Shown piece after piece: positions 1 to 12,860 of a stretch of DNA of 64,000 nucleotides. This DNA comes from an uncultured Actinomycetota bacterium (GTDB lineage: Bacteria; Actinomycetota; Actinomycetes; S36-B12; UBA10799): contig CAVPGV010000009.1 of the NCBI GenBank assembly GCA_963704075.1, positions 244,286 through 308,285 of the forward strand. Direction: 5' to 3'. How positions within the stretch are numbered: the first letter of the stretch is position 1; each line of letters starts with the position of its first letter. The position numbers and the translations under genes are program-made. Below the pieces are notes generated by a model. That model saw nothing but the letters and a program-made list of their open reading frames with translations, made no database searches and was not told the origin of the DNA.

Positions 1-690
1 CGGTGCCTTGACAGCGAATGCGAAGAAGAACCCGAGGAACAACATCCGCTGCGTGGTCGAGTCCATCCCGAGCTGGGTCAGCGCGCCGAAGTCGAACGTG
101 CCGGCCCCGAACTCGCGCTGGCTGACCACGTAGAGCCCGATCAGGCTGGCCAGCATGAACAGCCCACCGAACAGGCTCACGATCAGGAACTTCACCGCGG
201 CGTAGGACCGGCGGGCACCTCCGTAACGGCCGATCATGAAGTACATCGGGATCAGCATGACCTCGAAGAAGACGTAGAAGAGGAACACGTCGATGGCCGA
301 GAAGACCCCGATCATGCAGACTTCCAGCGCCAGCATGAGCGCGAAGTAGCCCTTCGTCGGGGCATCGCTGTGATCGGCCTCGTTCCATCCGGCCAGGATC
401 ACCACCGGCACCAGGATGGCGGCCATCGCGATGAGGACAAGGGCGATCCCGTCGACGCCCAGCGCGAACGAGATCCCGAACGACTCGATCCACGGTGTCG
501 AGGTCACGAACTGGAACGGATCGGTGCTCTGCGCGTCGAACTGCAACGCCATCGCGATGACGAGCACGAGCGTGGCGATGCTGAAGCCCAGGGCGACCTG
601 TTTGGCCAGTTCCGGGGAGTTCTTCGGCAGCAGCGCGACGACCACGGCACCGATCGCCGGGACCAGCAGCAGGATGAGCAACCAGTTCAT
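1..690 (-). CDS. nuoM: NADH-quinone oxidoreductase subunit M, N-terminal 230 codons (gene continues beyond window start)
   Basis: Manual minus-strand translation from ATG at 688-690 gives MNWLLILLLVPAIGAVVVALLPKNSPELAKQ... The frame stays open down to position 1 and the sequence is multi-TM and ND4-like. The start shares 1 nt with the nuoL stop. Its position after nuoL fits nuoA-N order. Confidence 0.85.
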   Translation of the reverse strand, partial: MNWLLILLLVPAIGAVVVALLPKNSPELAKQVALGFSIATLVLVIAMALQFDAQSTDPFQFVTSTPWIESFGISFALGVDGIALVLIAMAAILVPVVILAGWNEADHSDAPTKGYFALMLALEVCMIGVFSAIDVFLFYVFFEVMLIPMYFMIGRYGGARRSYAAVKFLIVSLFGGLFMLASLIGLYVVSQREFGAGTFDFGALTQLGMDSTTQRMLFLGFFFAFAVKAP

Positions 691-2616
691 CAGAGCCTCA
701 CCACCAGGAGCGCCACGAAGAGCAGGAAGGCACCGGCCAGCATCGACAGCGCGTACGACCGCGAGTAGCCGGTCTGCCACTTGCGCAACCGGTTGGACAG
801 GCCCGCGGTGGCCGATCCCATGGCCACGACCGCCCCGTCGATGCTGCGGTTGTCGAACCACACCAGGGCCCGGGTCAGGTACTGACCAGGACGCATGAAC
901 ACCGCCTCGTTGAACGCATCCCCGTACAGGTCCTTACGTGCCGCAACGGTCAGCGGCGACACCGACGTCGGGGCGGTCAGCGGAACCTCGCGGCGGTACT
1001 GCTGGTAGGCCAGCAGGGCACCGACGATGACCAGTGCGAGGGTCGACCCACTGATCACCGGTATGGGTATCGGTGGTTCGGGGTGTTCGAAGCCCACGAC
1101 CGGTTCCAGCCACTTCTCGATAGCGCCGTTCCAGGCCAGCAGGAAACCGCTGGCCAGCGACGCGATGCCCAGGATGATCAACGGGATGGTCATCACCGGC
1201 GGGGACTCGTGCGGATGCACGTCGTCGGTCCAGCGCTTCTTGCCCAGGAACGTCATGGTGAACAACCGGGTCATGTAGAAGGCGGTGATCCCGGCGCCGA
1301 TCATGGCGGCCAGACCCGCGGCCCAACTGTGCGCGAACGCCGGCTTCGATGATCTTGTCCTTCGAGTAGAAGCCGGAGAACGGTGGCACCCCCATGATCG
1401 CCAGCCAGCCGGCGGCGAACGTGACGTACGTGACCACCATGACGGTGCGGATGCCTCCGAACCGTCGCATGTTCTCCTGGTTGTTGAACGAGTGCATGAC
1501 CGAGCCGGCACCGAGGAACATATTGGCCTTGAAGAAGCCGTGGTTGACCAGGTGGAAGATGGCGAACACGTAGCCGATCGGCCCGAGCCCGGCGGCCAGC
1601 ACCATGTACCCGATCTGGGACATGGTGGAGCCTGCGAGAACCTTCTTGATCTCGTCCTTGGCCAAACCGATGATCGCCCCGAAGATCAGCGTGAACGCAC
1701 CGATGAAGATGACCACGGTCTGCGCGGTGGGTGCGCCGTCGAAGATCGGGTTGGACCGGGCGATGAGGTACACACCGGCGGTCACCATCGTGGCCGCGTG
1801 GATCAGCGCCGAGACCGGGGTCGGACCCTCCATGGCGTCCAGCAACCAGGACTGCAGCGGGAACTGCGCGGACTTCCCACACGCCGCGAGCAGCAGCAGC
1901 AGCCCGATCCAGGTCAGCGTCCCCTCGCTGGACTCCCCGGCCTGTGCGAAGACCTCCGGGAACGTGACCGTCCCGAACGACACGAAGATCGCCATGATCG
2001 CCACGGACAGCCCGAAGTCACCCACCCGGTTGACCACGAAGGCCTTCTTGGCCGCCACGGCAGCGCTCGGCTTGTACTGCCAGAAGCCGATCAGCAGGTA
2101 CGAGGCCAGGCCCACGCCCTCCCAGCCGACGTAGAGCAGCAGGTAGTTGTCGGCGAGCACCAGCAGCAGCATCGCCGCGACGAACAGGTTCAGGTAGGCG
2201 AAGAACAGCCGCCGCTTCGGGTCATCTTTCATGTACCCGATGGAGTAGATGTGGATCAGCGATCCGACACCGGTGATCAGCAGCACGAACGTCATCGACA
2301 GCTGGTCGATCTGCAGCCCCACGTTGGCGGTGAAACTGCCGACGAAGACCCAGTCCCACAGGTGCTGGATGATCCCGCGCTCCTCCGAGGGCCGGGCCAG
2401 CAGGCCCAGCCACATCATGACGGCGAGGATGAACGAGCCGATCGGCAGCGCGGTGGCCAGGTAGTGGCCCCACGAGTCGGTGCGGCGCCCGAAACTGAGC
2501 AGCACCGCGGCACCGATCAGCGGCAGGGCGATGAGCACCCAGATGTAGGTGAAGATGCCCTCCGGCGGGGCATACGTGATGGTCGGCGTCGCGGACGCCA
2601 GCAGGTCGGTGGTCAT
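690..2616 (-). pseudogene. nuoL: NADH-quinone oxidoreductase subunit L, reading frame broken once as assembled
   Basis: ORF piece 934..2616 carries a typical NuoL/ND5 N-terminal part ending ...[18 protein letters not shown] piece 690..1511 carries the continuation [27 protein letters not shown].... The junction is at about 1338-1344 (GCCGGCG). The span is 1927 nt, which is 3n+1. Confidence 0.85.
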
Positions 2617-2915
2617 CAGAACCTCAGCAGACTGGGCTCGTCCACCGAGGCGCTGCGGCGGGTCCGGAAGATGACCACGATGATCGCCAGGCCGACGACC
2701 ACTTCAGCGGCGGCCACCACCATGGTGAAGAACGCGAAAACCTGCCCCTCGAGGTTGCCGTGCATCCGGGCGAAGGCCACGAACGCCAGGTTGGAGGCGT
2801 TGAGCATGAGTTCCACGCACATGAACACCACGATGGCGTTACGGCGGAACAGCATCCCGAACGCCCCGAGGCTGAACAAGATCGCCGACAGGGCGATGTA
2901 GTGGTCGGTCGTCAC
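2616..2915 (-). CDS. nuoK: NADH-quinone oxidoreductase subunit K
   Basis: 99-aa 3-TM ORF, ND4L-like. It lies between nuoJ and nuoL with overlapping stop/start codons. Confidence 0.9.
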   Translation of the reverse strand: MTTDHYIALSAILFSLGAFGMLFRRNAIVVFMCVELMLNASNLAFVAFARMHGNLEGQVFAFFTMVVAAAEVVVGLAIIVVIFRTRRSASVDEPSLLRF

Positions 2916-3739
2916 CTTTCCTCCCCGGAGGTGTCGTCGGTGGCCGCACCGAGCTCGTCGACGACGACGTCGTGCCCCGCAGCGACCTCGTCAACCTCCT
3001 CGACGTCGACCCGGTCGACCGGTGTTTCGCGCAGCGCCATGGGCCGCGGCACGGAGATCTCAGCCACCGAACCGTCGGGCAGCAGTGCTGGGGTGTCCAC
3101 CGCGTTGTGCCGGGCGAACGTGCCCGGCGGCGGCAGAGCGCTGGGATGCGGGCCCTTGAACCGGGCCTGTGACATATCGCGTTGTGTGGGCTTGGGCTTG
3201 AAGTGTTCCTGGTGGGTCAGGATCATGGCGCCGAGTGCGGCGGTGATCAGCAGGGCCGAGGTCACCTCGAACGCGAACACGTACTGCGTGAAGATCAGTT
3301 CGGCCAGCCCCTGCAGGTTCCCGCCGTTGACCGAGTTGGCTTCGTCCAGCGAGCCGGCGGGCAGATCCCGGGTGCCCTGACCCAGGATGCCGACCAGCAG
3401 CACCCCGAAGCCGAGGCCGAAGAAGATCGCCGGTCCGCGTTGGTTCTTGACGGTCTCGATCAACGAGTCCGAGGAGTCGACGCCGACCACCATCAGCACG
3501 AACAGGAACAGCATCATGATCGCGCCGGTGTACACGATCACCTGCACCATGCCCAGGAACGGCGCCGACAGGCTCACGTAGAGGATCGCCAAGTTGATCA
3601 TGGTCATCGCCAGGAACAAGGCGCTGTGCACGGCCTTGCGCGAGAACAGCATGCCCATGGCCCCCAGCACGGCCAGTGCCCCGCAGATCCAGAAGACCGC
3701 GGCCTCCCCGGTGTTCTGCGCGGCCAGCGTCACGGTCAC
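2912..3739 (-). CDS. nuoJ: NADH-quinone oxidoreductase subunit J (long acidic C-terminal tail)
   Basis: 275-aa ORF with an ND6-like TM core ([28 protein letters not shown]...). It has 4-nt overlaps with nuoI and nuoK. Confidence 0.85.
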   Translation of the reverse strand: MTVTLAAQNTGEAAVFWICGALAVLGAMGMLFSRKAVHSALFLAMTMINLAILYVSLSAPFLGMVQVIVYTGAIMMLFLFVLMVVGVDSSDSLIETVKNQRGPAIFFGLGFGVLLVGILGQGTRDLPAGSLDEANSVNGGNLQGLAELIFTQYVFAFEVTSALLITAALGAMILTHQEHFKPKPTQRDMSQARFKGPHPSALPPPGTFARHNAVDTPALLPDGSVAEISVPRPMALRETPVDRVDVEEVDEVAAGHDVVVDELGAATDDTSGEER

Positions 3740-4290
3740 GTGGCACTCCCTTCGACCGCGTCCTTGAGGGGTTCCCCGGCTCCGGTGACCCGCCCCTGGT
3801 AGTAATCCTTCTCCGTGGCCCCGTCGACCATGTCATGGGGTGGGTTCACCATGCCGGGCAGCAGTGGCCCCAGCAGGTCCTGCTTCTCGTAGATCAGCTT
3901 CTGGCGACTGTCGTCGGCCAATTCGAACTCGTGGATCATGGTCAGCGCCCGCGTGGGGCAGGCCTCGATGCACAGCCCGCAGCCGATGCAGCGCAGGTAG
4001 TTGATCTGGTACACCCGTCCGTAGCGCTCACCCGGGGAGTACCGGCCGCCGCTGTCGTTGTCGGCGCCCTGCACGAAGATCGCATCGGCCGGACAGGCCC
4101 ATGCGCACAACTCGCAGCCGATGCACTTCTCGAGGCCGTCCGGGTGCCGGTTGAGCTGGTGGCGGCCGTGATACCGCGGCTTCGGGGGGAACTCGTCCTT
4201 CTCCTCCGGGTACTGCTCGGTGACGACCTTGCGGAACATGGTGGCGAAGGTCGTGGAGAATCCCTTGACCACAGGTGGGACATCAGGCAT
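3736..4290 (-). CDS. nuoI: NADH-quinone oxidoreductase subunit I
   Basis: Two 4Fe-4S ferredoxin motifs are present: [12 protein letters not shown] and [12 protein letters not shown]. Start ATG 4290 ([10 protein letters not shown]) was chosen, 8 nt inside the nuoH 3' end. The longer track ORF up to 4458 is upstream read-through. Confidence 0.85.
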   Translation of the reverse strand: MPDVPPVVKGFSTTFATMFRKVVTEQYPEEKDEFPPKPRYHGRHQLNRHPDGLEKCIGCELCAWACPADAIFVQGADNDSGGRYSPGERYGRVYQINYLRCIGCGLCIEACPTRALTMIHEFELADDSRQKLIYEKQDLLGPLLPGMVNPPHDMVDGATEKDYYQGRVTGAGEPLKDAVEGSAT

Positions 4291-5563
4291 TGTGCGGCTC
4301 CTGTTCGACGGCCGGGACATTGCTCGGTTCGAGCAACTCCTGGCCGGGCATCGGCGGGACCGGGTGACCGCCGGCGAAGGGGTCCACCGGCTCGGCGGAC
4401 GCCACCTCGGCGGCCTCCTGTGCTTCGGCACGGCGATCGCGGTGCACCTGCGCGACATACGACGAGATGATCAGCAACACCAGCGCGAATCCGAAGGCCA
4501 CCATCACCTGCAGATACGCCGACCCGTCGGGGCCGATGGCGTAGCGGGCGACCGACGCCACGATGATCCAGGCCAGGGCGGTCGGGATGAGCACCTTCCA
4601 GCCGAACCGCATGAACTGGTCGTAGCGCAACCGCGGCAGGGTGCCGCGCAGCCAGATGAACACGAAGATGAACGAGACCACCTTCATCAGGAACCAGAGC
4701 ATCGGCCACCAGCCCTCGTTGGCCCCGGACCAGATCGAGATCGGCCAGGGCGCCCGCCAGCCGCCGAGGAACAGCGTGGTGGCAAGCGCCGAGACAGTGA
4801 CCATGTTGATGTACTCGGCCAGGAAGAACATCGCGAACTTCAGCGACGAGTACTCGGTGTGGAAACCGCCCACCAGTTCACCCTCGGCTTCGGGCAGGTC
4901 GAAGGGCGCCCGGTTGACCTCTCCGACCATCGAGGTGGCGTAGATGATGAACGACGGAAGCAGGAGCAGCACGTACCAGAGTTTCGTCTGGGCGTTGACG
5001 ATCTCGGAGGTCGAGGCGCTGCCGGCGAAGAGGAAGACGGCCACGAACGACAGACCCATCGCGATCTCGTAGGAGATCATCTGCGCGGTGCTGCGCAGAC
5101 TGCCGAGCAGCGGATAGGTCGAGCCGGACGCCCAGCCGGCCAGCACGATGCCGTAGATGCCGATCGAGGCGATCGCCAGCACGTACAGGACGCTGACCGG
5201 GAAGTCCGTCAGTTGCAGCATCGTGGTCTGACCGAAGATCGAGACTTCCGGGCCGAACGGGATGACCGCGAAGGCCATGAACGCGGGCACCGCGGACAGG
5301 ATCGGCGCCAGGATGTACACGCCGAGTTCCACCTTGCGCGGGATGACTTCTTCCTTGAGGGCGAGTTTGAACCCGTCCATCAATGACTGCAGCAACCCGA
5401 ACGGGCCCACCCGGTTGGGGCCGACCCGGCTCTGCATCCGGGCGACCACGCGGCGCTCACCCCAGATGGTCAGCAGCACGATGACCACCAGCAGGGCGAA
5501 CAGGGCGACGACCTTGAGCAGGATCAGCCAGAACGGGTCACTGCCGAACCCGGCCACGTTCAT
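4283..5563 (-). CDS. nuoH: NADH-quinone oxidoreductase subunit H
   Basis: 426-aa multi-TM ND1-like ORF. Operon position fits, and it has a 4-nt overlap with the nuoG end. Confidence 0.9.
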   Translation of the reverse strand: MNVAGFGSDPFWLILLKVVALFALLVVIVLLTIWGERRVVARMQSRVGPNRVGPFGLLQSLMDGFKLALKEEVIPRKVELGVYILAPILSAVPAFMAFAVIPFGPEVSIFGQTTMLQLTDFPVSVLYVLAIASIGIYGIVLAGWASGSTYPLLGSLRSTAQMISYEIAMGLSFVAVFLFAGSASTSEIVNAQTKLWYVLLLLPSFIIYATSMVGEVNRAPFDLPEAEGELVGGFHTEYSSLKFAMFFLAEYINMVTVSALATTLFLGGWRAPWPISIWSGANEGWWPMLWFLMKVVSFIFVFIWLRGTLPRLRYDQFMRFGWKVLIPTALAWIIVASVARYAIGPDGSAYLQVMVAFGFALVLLIISSYVAQVHRDRRAEAQEAAEVASAEPVDPFAGGHPVPPMPGQELLEPSNVPAVEQEPHNA

Positions 5564-7973
5564 GAAACCCTCCCGACGCTCACACGCACCGTATCGCCGC
5601 TGGCCACGCCGAGTGCGGACACCACGTTGGTTCCCGAATTCGTGGGCAACCAGACCACCCCGGACGGCATGTCGGTGACCAACGCCGGCAGCGTCAGGGA
5701 GCCGACGTCACCGGTGACGGTGACCGGGTCCCCGTCGGAGATCCCGAGGTCGCTGGCGTTGGCCGGACTCAGCCGCACTACTGGGGGTCGGGCGGTGGCG
5801 GCCATGTACGGCTCACCGGCCTGCATGGATCCGTCGTCGATGAGTTGGTGCCAGGTGGCCAGGACCGCCTCGCCGGGCGCCAGCCGCGACGGTTCGGCCG
5901 GCGGCTGCGCCGGAGCGGCGGGACGGCTCTGCTGCCTGCGCTCCCAGGGCGATCGGCTCGGCCTGCGGCTCCAGCAGCATCTCGTCGCTGATCGCGGACA
6001 GCACAGCCGCGTCAGTCAGGATGAGCGACTCGCGGAACACCTGTGGGAACGGTCGGCGTCTGCCTTCCCAATCGGTGTAGGAGCCGGCCTTCTCGGTGAC
6101 CGCCGCCACCGGGAACACCACGTCCGCGGCGCGGGTGGCAGCGTTGTGGTGCGTGGCCAGCGCCACGACACACGGCACCTGCTCGAAGCCGGTGACCAGT
6201 GCGGCACCGTCGGGCACGTCCATAGGGTCGAATCCGGCCACCAGCAGCGCACGGTAGGGCGGCTCCGGCTCCTCGGCCACCTCGGCTGCGGGGTCCTCCT
6301 GAATGTCCTCTGCGACATCCTCTTCGGCGACCGGCACCAGTGCCTCCCGCGGCTGTGCGGCGGCGACGAGGCGCTCGGTGACCCCGGCGAACCCGACGCC
6401 CGCGTCACCGTTCCACAGGGCGGGTGCGGCACCGGGCAGCAGCCCTGCGTCCAGCGCACCGCGCTCACCGGCGCGTCGCGGCACCCACGCCAGGCGGGCA
6501 CCGGTCTGCGCAGCCGTGGCGGCCAGCCAGCTGAGCAGGCCCTGCGAGGTGGCGGCACGCTCACCGACCATGAGCACCGCACCGGGCTGACGCAACGCCT
6601 GCATCAACGTCTTCGGACCCGGACATGGCTGCGATCTCCTGACCGGGACCGGCGGCCAGGACGGTGGCGGCGAGTTTGGACAATCCCGGGCTCGCCCAGG
6701 GTGCGACCGCGAAGACCTTCGTCGATCCCTTGGTCACCGCCTTGCGCAGGCGCAGGAAGACGATCGGCGACTCCTCCTCCGGCTCGAAAGCAACCAGCAC
6801 CACGGCCGGCGCCACATCGAGGTCGCTGTAGGTGGGACCCTGCGTACCGGCGATCGTGGAGGTCAGGAACGCGGCCTCCTCGTCGCTGCTGGGGCGGGCC
6901 CGGAAGTCGACGTCGTCGGTCTTGAGCACGCTGCGGGCGAACGTCGAGTAGGCCTGCGCGTCCTCTGCCGTCAGCCGGCCGCCCACCAGGACGGCGGCAC
7001 TGCCCGCGGCGGCGGCCAGCGCGTCGGCGGCGATCCCCAAGGCCTCGGGCCACGAGGCGGTGACCAGTCGACCGGCCTCGTCACGGACCAGCGGATGGGT
7101 GATGCGGTCCTCGGTCAGATAGGTGAAGGCGAACCGGCCCTTGTCGCAGTTCCACTCCTCGTTGACCTGCGGGTCGTCACCGGCCAGCCGTCGCTGCACC
7201 TCGCCGCGCCGCACGTCGGTGCGCATCGCGCAGCCGCTGGCGCAGTGCTCGCAGACCGTGGGAACCGACACCAGGTCGAACGGCCGCGCCCGGAACCGGT
7301 AGCGCGCGTTGGTCAGCGCCCCGACCGGGCAGATCTGCACGGTGTTGCCGGAGAAGTACGAGTCGAACGGGGTGTCCTGGCTGATCCCGACCTGCTGCTG
7401 CGCACCCCGCTCCAGCAGGTCGATGAAGGCGTCACCGGCGATCTCGTCGGCGAACCGGGTGCAGCGGGCACACGAAACGCACCGTTCCCGGTCGAGCAGG
7501 ATCTGCGCGCTGACGTTGATCGGCTTCGGGAAGGTGCGTTTCGGCCCCTCGAACCGGGTCTCCGACCGGCCGGCGGTCATCGCCTGGTTCTGCAGCGGAC
7601 ACTCTCCGCCCTTGTCGCAGATCGGGCAGTCCAGCGGGTGGTTGAGCAGAAGGAATTCCATCACGCCGCGCTGAGCGTCGTCGGCGACCTTCGAGGTGCG
7701 CTGCGTCCGCACCACCATGTTGTCGGCCACCGGGATCGCACAGGCGGGCTGAGGTTTCGGCTGCCCCTCGATCTCGATCAGGCACATGCGGCAGGCGGCG
7801 ACCGGATCCAGCAGCGGGTGGTCGCAGAAGCGTGGGATCTCGATACCCAGCTGCTCGGCCGCGCGGATGATCAGCGTGCCCTTCTCCGCGGTCATCGAGA
7901 CCCCGTCGATGGAGAAGGCCACGTGGCCCTCCGGCACCGTCATCTCGTTGCTGTCCGGGTCTGTGACGGTCAT
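5560..7973 (-). pseudogene. nuoG: NADH-quinone oxidoreductase subunit G, two frame breaks as assembled
   Basis: Three collinear pieces: 6561..7973, 5813..6607 and 5560..5826. The N-terminus has Fe-S Cys motifs ([32 protein letters not shown]). The start at 7973 forms an ATGA overlap with the nuoF stop. Frame changes lie near 6605-6625 and 5880-5935. The span is 2414 nt, which is 3n+2. Confidence 0.85.
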
Positions 7974-9271
7974 GCCTTCACCTCGTTGAAAACCGTGCTG
8001 GCGGCCGGGTCGAAGGCCTGGCTGCTGGGAGTCGTGGTGCCGGCTTCGAACTCGTCGGCGAAGTACTTCATCGCCGCCGGGAACGGGGTGGCGGCCGCGT
8101 CGCCGAGAGCGCAGAACGACCGGCCCATGATCTGCCCGCACACGTCGTCCAGAATCTTGAGTTGCTGACGCTCACCGCGGCCGGTGTCGAACCTGTGCAG
8201 GATGTCGTGGATGAACCAGTTGCCCTCACGGCACGGTGTGCACTTGCCGCAGGACTCGTGTTTGTAGAAGTCCAACCAGCCGGTCACCGCTCGGACCACG
8301 GAGGTCGTGTCGTCGTACAGCATCGGGGTGCCGGTGCCCAGCATCGAACCGGCCTCTGCCATCGCCTCATAGGTCAGCGGAAGGTCGATATGGTCCGGGG
8401 TCAGCATCGGCACCGAGGACCCGCCCGGCAGCCAGAACTTCAGCGTGTGGCCCTCTCGGATCCCGCCGGCGTAGTCGAGCAACTCCGACATCGGCGTGCC
8501 CAGCGGCGCCTCGTAGATGCCGGGCCGCTGTACGTGGCCGGACACCGCGAAGACCTTGAACCCCGGGGACTTGTCGGTGCCGAAGGAACGGAACCAGTCC
8601 ACCCCGTTGTTCACGATGTAGGGGACGTTCGCGATGGTCTCGACGTTGTTCACCACGGTCGGGCAGGCATACAGACCCGCGACTGCCGGGAACGGTGGCT
8701 TCAGCCGAGGTTGTCCGCGCCTGCCCTCCAAGGAGTCGAGCAGCGCCGTCTCCTCCCCGCAGATGTAGGCGCCGGCGCCGGAGTGCACGACGAGGTTCAG
8801 GTTGAAGCCGCTGCCCAGGATGTTGTCGCCGAGGTAGCCGGCCTCGCGGGCCTGGCGGACCGCGGCGTGGACACGGCGGATGACGTGCGGCACCTCGCCG
8901 CGGATGTAGACGAACGCGTGGTCGGCCCGGATCGCGTAGGAGGCGATGATGATGCCCTCGATGAGGGCGTGCGGGTTGGCCAGCATGATCGGGATGTCCT
9001 TGCAGGCACCCGGTTCGGACTCGTCAGCGTTGACGACCAAGTAGTGCGGCTTGCCATCGTTCTGCGGGACGAAACTCCACTTCAGACCAGTGGGGAATCC
9101 GGCGCCACCACGTCCGCGCAGGCCGGAGTCCTTGACGGTGGAGATGACAGCGTCCGGGTCCATCTCGATGGCTTTTGTCAGGGCGCTGTATCCGCCGTGC
9201 CGGCGATACCCGTCGAGGGTGAACGAGTCGACGTCGTCCCAGTGGGCGGTGAGGACAGGGGTCAGCGGCAT
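7970..9271 (-). CDS. nuoF: NADH-quinone oxidoreductase subunit F
   Basis: 433 aa with the motifs [23 protein letters not shown] and [12 protein letters not shown]. Confidence 0.95.
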   Translation of the reverse strand: MPLTPVLTAHWDDVDSFTLDGYRRHGGYSALTKAIEMDPDAVISTVKDSGLRGRGGAGFPTGLKWSFVPQNDGKPHYLVVNADESEPGACKDIPIMLANPHALIEGIIIASYAIRADHAFVYIRGEVPHVIRRVHAAVRQAREAGYLGDNILGSGFNLNLVVHSGAGAYICGEETALLDSLEGRRGQPRLKPPFPAVAGLYACPTVVNNVETIANVPYIVNNGVDWFRSFGTDKSPGFKVFAVSGHVQRPGIYEAPLGTPMSELLDYAGGIREGHTLKFWLPGGSSVPMLTPDHIDLPLTYEAMAEAGSMLGTGTPMLYDDTTSVVRAVTGWLDFYKHESCGKCTPCREGNWFIHDILHRFDTGRGERQQLKILDDVCGQIMGRSFCALGDAAATPFPAAMKYFADEFEAGTTTPSSQAFDPAASTVFNEVKA

Positions 9272-9921
9272 CAGATGACCTCCCCGTCGGGGGCCTTCAT
9301 ATCGTGCTCCTTGGCGTAGCGCAGACCTGCCAGCATCAAGTCGTCGGTGGCCGGGATATCGCCGAGGCCGTCGTCGTCGATCCCGGACAGAGTGCGTTCC
9401 TGAGCTTTGAAATCGCGGATCTGCGGACCCCGGGTGGAGGTCACCTCACGTCCCGCACGCAGATCCTCGACGAGTCGCCGGGCGGATTCCACGGTCATGT
9501 TGTCCATGAACTCCCAGTTGGCGGTCAGGACCGGAGCGTGGGTGCAGGCGGCCTGGCATTCGATGCGCTCCAGGGAGACCTTGCCGTCCGCGGTGACCTC
9601 GTCGTGGCCGACTCCCAGTTCGCTGCTCAGGGCGTCCCAGATGGCGTCGCCGCCGAGGACCCCGCAGCCGGGGTTGATGCACACGCCGATGTGGTACTCG
9701 CCGACCGGCTCGTCCTTGAACATCGTGTAGAAGGACGCCACGCCCTTGACCTCGGCGGTGGTGAGCCCCAGCACCTCGCCGCACATGATGATCGCCTCGG
9801 GCGTCACGTAGCCCTCGACCGACTGGGCCAGGTGCAGCATCGGCAGCAGTGCGCTGCGCGGCTGCGGATAGCGCGCAGCGAGGTCCATCATCTCCGCACG
9901 GGTCTGTTCGGTCAGTGCCAT
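9271..9921 (-). CDS. nuoE: NADH-quinone oxidoreductase subunit E
   Basis: 216 aa, thioredoxin-like 2Fe-2S subunit (GVCINPGCGVLGG, ECQAACTHAP). Operon position fits. Confidence 0.9.
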   Translation of the reverse strand: MALTEQTRAEMMDLAARYPQPRSALLPMLHLAQSVEGYVTPEAIIMCGEVLGLTTAEVKGVASFYTMFKDEPVGEYHIGVCINPGCGVLGGDAIWDALSSELGVGHDEVTADGKVSLERIECQAACTHAPVLTANWEFMDNMTVESARRLVEDLRAGREVTSTRGPQIRDFKAQERTLSGIDDDGLGDIPATDDLMLAGLRYAKEHDMKAPDGEVI

Positions 9922-11258
9922 CAGCGATCCACTCCACCCATGACGGGGTCGATACTTGCCACCGCGGCCACCACGTCGGCGACCTGCCCACCCTCACTCA
10001 TCGCGGGGACGGCCTGCAGATTGTTGAACGAGGGATCCCGGAAGTGCACGCGGTACGGGCGGGTCCCGCCGTCGGAGACCAGGTGCACGCCGAGTTCGCC
10101 GCGGGGGGCCTCGATGGCCACATACGCCTGCCCGGCCGGAACCCGGAAGCCCTCGGTCACCAGCTTGAAGTGGTGGATCAGGGCCTCCATCGACTGGCCC
10201 ATGATGTGCCGGATGTGGTCCAGGGAGTTGCCGATCCCGTCCGACCCGATCGCCAACTGCGCCGGCCAGGCGATCTTCTTGTCCTCCACCATCACCGGTC
10301 CAGGGCGCAGCCGCTCGAGGCACTGGTCGACGATCCGCATGCTCTGCTGCATCTCCTCGAGCCGGATCAGGAAGCGGCCATAGGCGTCGCAAGTGGTCTG
10401 CGTGGGCACGTCGAACTCGTACGTCTCGTACCCGCAGTAGGGCTGCGTCTTGCGCAGGTCCCAGGGGTAGCCGGTCGAACGCAGGACTGGTCCGGTCATG
10501 CCCAGAGCTATGCAGCCGGTCAGGTCGAGGTACCCGACTCCCTCGGTCCGGGACATCCAGATCGAGTTGTTGACCAGCAGGTTCGCAGTGTCGGGAAGGC
10601 GTTTACGCAGCAGCGCCAGGAGGTCGGCGATCTGTTGCGGCGCGTCTTCAGGGATGTCCTGGGCCAGGCCACCCGGGCGGATGAAGGCGTGGTTCATGCG
10701 CAACCCGGTCACCGACTCCAGGACGTCCAGGACGTGCTCGCGCTCGCGGAACCCGAACGTCATGGCGGTCAGAGCCCCGAGTTCCATGCCGCCGGTGGCC
10801 AGATACACGAGGTGGCTGGAGATGCGGTTGAGCTCCATCAGCATCACCCGGATGACCGTGGCGCGCTCGGGGATCTGATCGGTGATGCCCAGCAGTTTCT
10901 CAACGCCGAGGCAGTAGGCCGTCTCGTTGAAGATCGGTGCGAGGTAGTCCATGCGGGTCACGTACGTGACGCCCTGGGTCCAGGTGCGGAACTCGAGGTT
11001 CTTCTCGATCCCGGTGTGCAGGTAGCCGATCCCGGAACGCGCCTGGGTGACGGTCTCCCCGTCGAGTTCGAGGATGAGCCGCAGGACGCCGTGGGTGGAC
11101 GGGTGCTGCGGACCCATGTTGACCACGATCCGCTGGGCGATGCCTTCATCACCCTCGACCTGGTCCCAGTCGCCACCGGAGACCGTGAAGACCTTGCCCT
11201 CGGTGGTGTCGTACGAGTCCGCCTCTTCGGCGGTGTCGTAGATGACGTCGTCGCTCAC
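9921..11258 (-). CDS. nuoD: NADH-quinone oxidoreductase subunit D
   Basis: 445-aa intact ORF, 49-kDa subunit-like ([14 protein letters not shown]..., ...[10 protein letters not shown]-terminus). Confidence 0.95.
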   Translation of the reverse strand: MSDDVIYDTAEEADSYDTTEGKVFTVSGGDWDQVEGDEGIAQRIVVNMGPQHPSTHGVLRLILELDGETVTQARSGIGYLHTGIEKNLEFRTWTQGVTYVTRMDYLAPIFNETAYCLGVEKLLGITDQIPERATVIRVMLMELNRISSHLVYLATGGMELGALTAMTFGFREREHVLDVLESVTGLRMNHAFIRPGGLAQDIPEDAPQQIADLLALLRKRLPDTANLLVNNSIWMSRTEGVGYLDLTGCIALGMTGPVLRSTGYPWDLRKTQPYCGYETYEFDVPTQTTCDAYGRFLIRLEEMQQSMRIVDQCLERLRPGPVMVEDKKIAWPAQLAIGSDGIGNSLDHIRHIMGQSMEALIHHFKLVTEGFRVPAGQAYVAIEAPRGELGVHLVSDGGTRPYRVHFRDPSFNNLQAVPAMSEGGQVADVVAAVASIDPVMGGVDR

Positions 11259-11947
11259 TTGTACTCCCGGCGGGTGTCCGGCGGTGGGATGGTGGCCCCC
11301 TTGTACTCCACCGGGATGCCGCCCAGTGGATAGTCCTTGCGCTGCGGATGCCCGACCCAGTCGTCGGGCATCTCGATCCGGGTCAGGCCGGGGTGGCCGT
11401 CGAAGATCACGCCGAAGAAGTCGTAGGTCTCCCGCTCGTGCCAGTTGTTGCCGGGGTAGATCTCCACGATCGACGGCACGTGCGGGTCATCGTCGGGGCA
11501 GGTGACCTCGACGGACAGCCGTCGGTTGTGGGTCATGGACAGCATCGGGTAGTGGATGTGCAACTCGCGGCCGGTGTCCTCGGGCCAGTGGACCCCACTG
11601 GCTCCCATGCACATCTCGAACCGCAGATCGGGGTGGTCACGCAAGTGGCGCATCACCGACAACAGGTGCTCGCGCTCGACCTCGAGGGTCAGTTGGTCGT
11701 GCTGGATGACCACCTTGGAAACGGCCGGGCCGAAGTCGCTGCCGAGTTGCTCGGCGAGGGTGTCGACGACCTGGTCGTACCAGCCCCCGTAGGGACGGGT
11801 GGCCGCCGCCGCGGCGTGGACGGTGCGGGCCAACCCTCCGTACCCGCTGACGTCGGGGGTGCCTTCGGCGCCGAAAGCGCCCTGGCCGGTCGCCAGCACC
11901 TCGAGGGTCTCGGTCCCCGCGGGGACGACCTCGGAGTTCTCAGTCAC
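11255..11947 (-). CDS. nuoC: NADH-quinone oxidoreductase subunit C
   Basis: 230 aa, 30-kDa subunit-like ([19 protein letters not shown]). It has 4-nt overlaps on both sides. Confidence 0.9.
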   Translation of the reverse strand: MTENSEVVPAGTETLEVLATGQGAFGAEGTPDVSGYGGLARTVHAAAAATRPYGGWYDQVVDTLAEQLGSDFGPAVSKVVIQHDQLTLEVEREHLLSVMRHLRDHPDLRFEMCMGASGVHWPEDTGRELHIHYPMLSMTHNRRLSVEVTCPDDDPHVPSIVEIYPGNNWHERETYDFFGVIFDGHPGLTRIEMPDDWVGHPQRKDYPLGGIPVEYKGATIPPPDTRREYK

Positions 11948-12498
11948 CGCATCAGGCCCTTCATCTGTTCGCTGGGAACGGCGGTCATCGCAGCGGTCTC
12001 GAGCTCGACGACCTCCCGCTCACGGTTCGCTCCGAGCTTCGTGTGCTGGATCTGGTCGTGGATCTTCAGGATTGCGTCGATCAGCATCTCGGGCCGGGGC
12101 GGGCACCCGGGCAGGTACATGTCCACCGGCACGACGTGGTCGACGCCCTGCACGATCGCGTAGTTGTTGAACATGCCACCGCTGGACGAGCAGACCCCCA
12201 TGGCCAGGACCCACTTCGGGTTGGGCATCTGGTCGTAGATCTGCCGCAGGACCGGGGCCATCTTCTGGCTCACGCGACCGGCGACGATCATCAGATCGGC
12301 CTGGCGTGGGGAGGCGCGGAATACCTCCATCCCGAACCGGGCCAAGTCGTAGCGCGGGGCGCCGGTGGCCATCATCTCGATGGCACAACACGCGAGCCCG
12401 AAAGTAGCCGGCCACAACGACCCCTTGCGCGCGTACCCGGCGACCGCCTCGACGGTGGTCAGCAGGACCCCGCTGGGGAGTTTCTCCTCAAGACCCAT
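11944..12498 (-). CDS. nuoB: NADH-quinone oxidoreductase subunit B
   Basis: Start MGLEEKLP at 12498 overlaps the nuoA stop by 1 nt. Motifs [10 protein letters not shown] and LPGCPPRPE are present. The upstream part of track ORF 11944..12888 is read-through over nuoA. Confidence 0.9.
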   Translation of the reverse strand: MGLEEKLPSGVLLTTVEAVAGYARKGSLWPATFGLACCAIEMMATGAPRYDLARFGMEVFRASPRQADLMIVAGRVSQKMAPVLRQIYDQMPNPKWVLAMGVCSSSGGMFNNYAIVQGVDHVVPVDMYLPGCPPRPEMLIDAILKIHDQIQHTKLGANREREVVELETAAMTAVPSEQMKGLMR

Positions 12499-12860
12499 CA
12501 GTCCCACTCCAAACCGCGGCGTCGCCACACGTACGCGTAGACGACCGCCAGCGTCAAGATGAACAACAACATCTCGATCAGACCGAATGCCGCGAGCTGG
12601 TCGAAAGCGACCGCCCACGGATACAGGAACACGATCTCGATGTCGAAGATGATGAACAGCATCGCCGTCAGGTAGTACTTGACCGGGAACTTGCCGCGCC
12701 CCATCAATTGCGGCGTGGGCTCGATGCCACATTCGTACGGCTCGACCTTGGCCCGGTTGTACCGCTTGGGACCGGTGAGACTGGCTACCCCGACACTGAA
12801 TGCGGCGAACGCGAACGCCAGCAATCCCAGGATCAGGATGGGAAGGTACACATTGCCCAT
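12498..12860 (-). CDS. nuoA: NADH-quinone oxidoreductase subunit A
   Basis: 120-aa 3-TM ORF, ND3-like (YECGIEP...[13 protein letters not shown]). It is the first gene of the operon and is preceded by about 440 nt of non-coding DNA. Confidence 0.9.
   Translation of the reverse strand: MGNVYLPILILGLLAFAFAAFSVGVASLTGPKRYNRAKVEPYECGIEPTPQLMGRGKFPVKYYLTAMLFIIFDIEIVFLYPWAVAFDQLAAFGLIEMLLFILTLAVVYAYVWRRRGLEWD

Noticed and set aside
1285-2901. Very long ORFs antisense to or out of frame with real genes. Examples are 1285..2901 (+), 7095..8168 (+), 9849..11333 (+), 17844..19382 (+), 27963..29486 (+), 38336..40096 (-), 48856..50076 (-) and 51818..54025 (+).
   Set aside because: Their translations are Arg/Gly/Pro/Asp/His-rich low-complexity strings without family motifs. 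They overlap well-supported genes on the opposite strand. These are typical shadow ORFs of high-G+C DNA.
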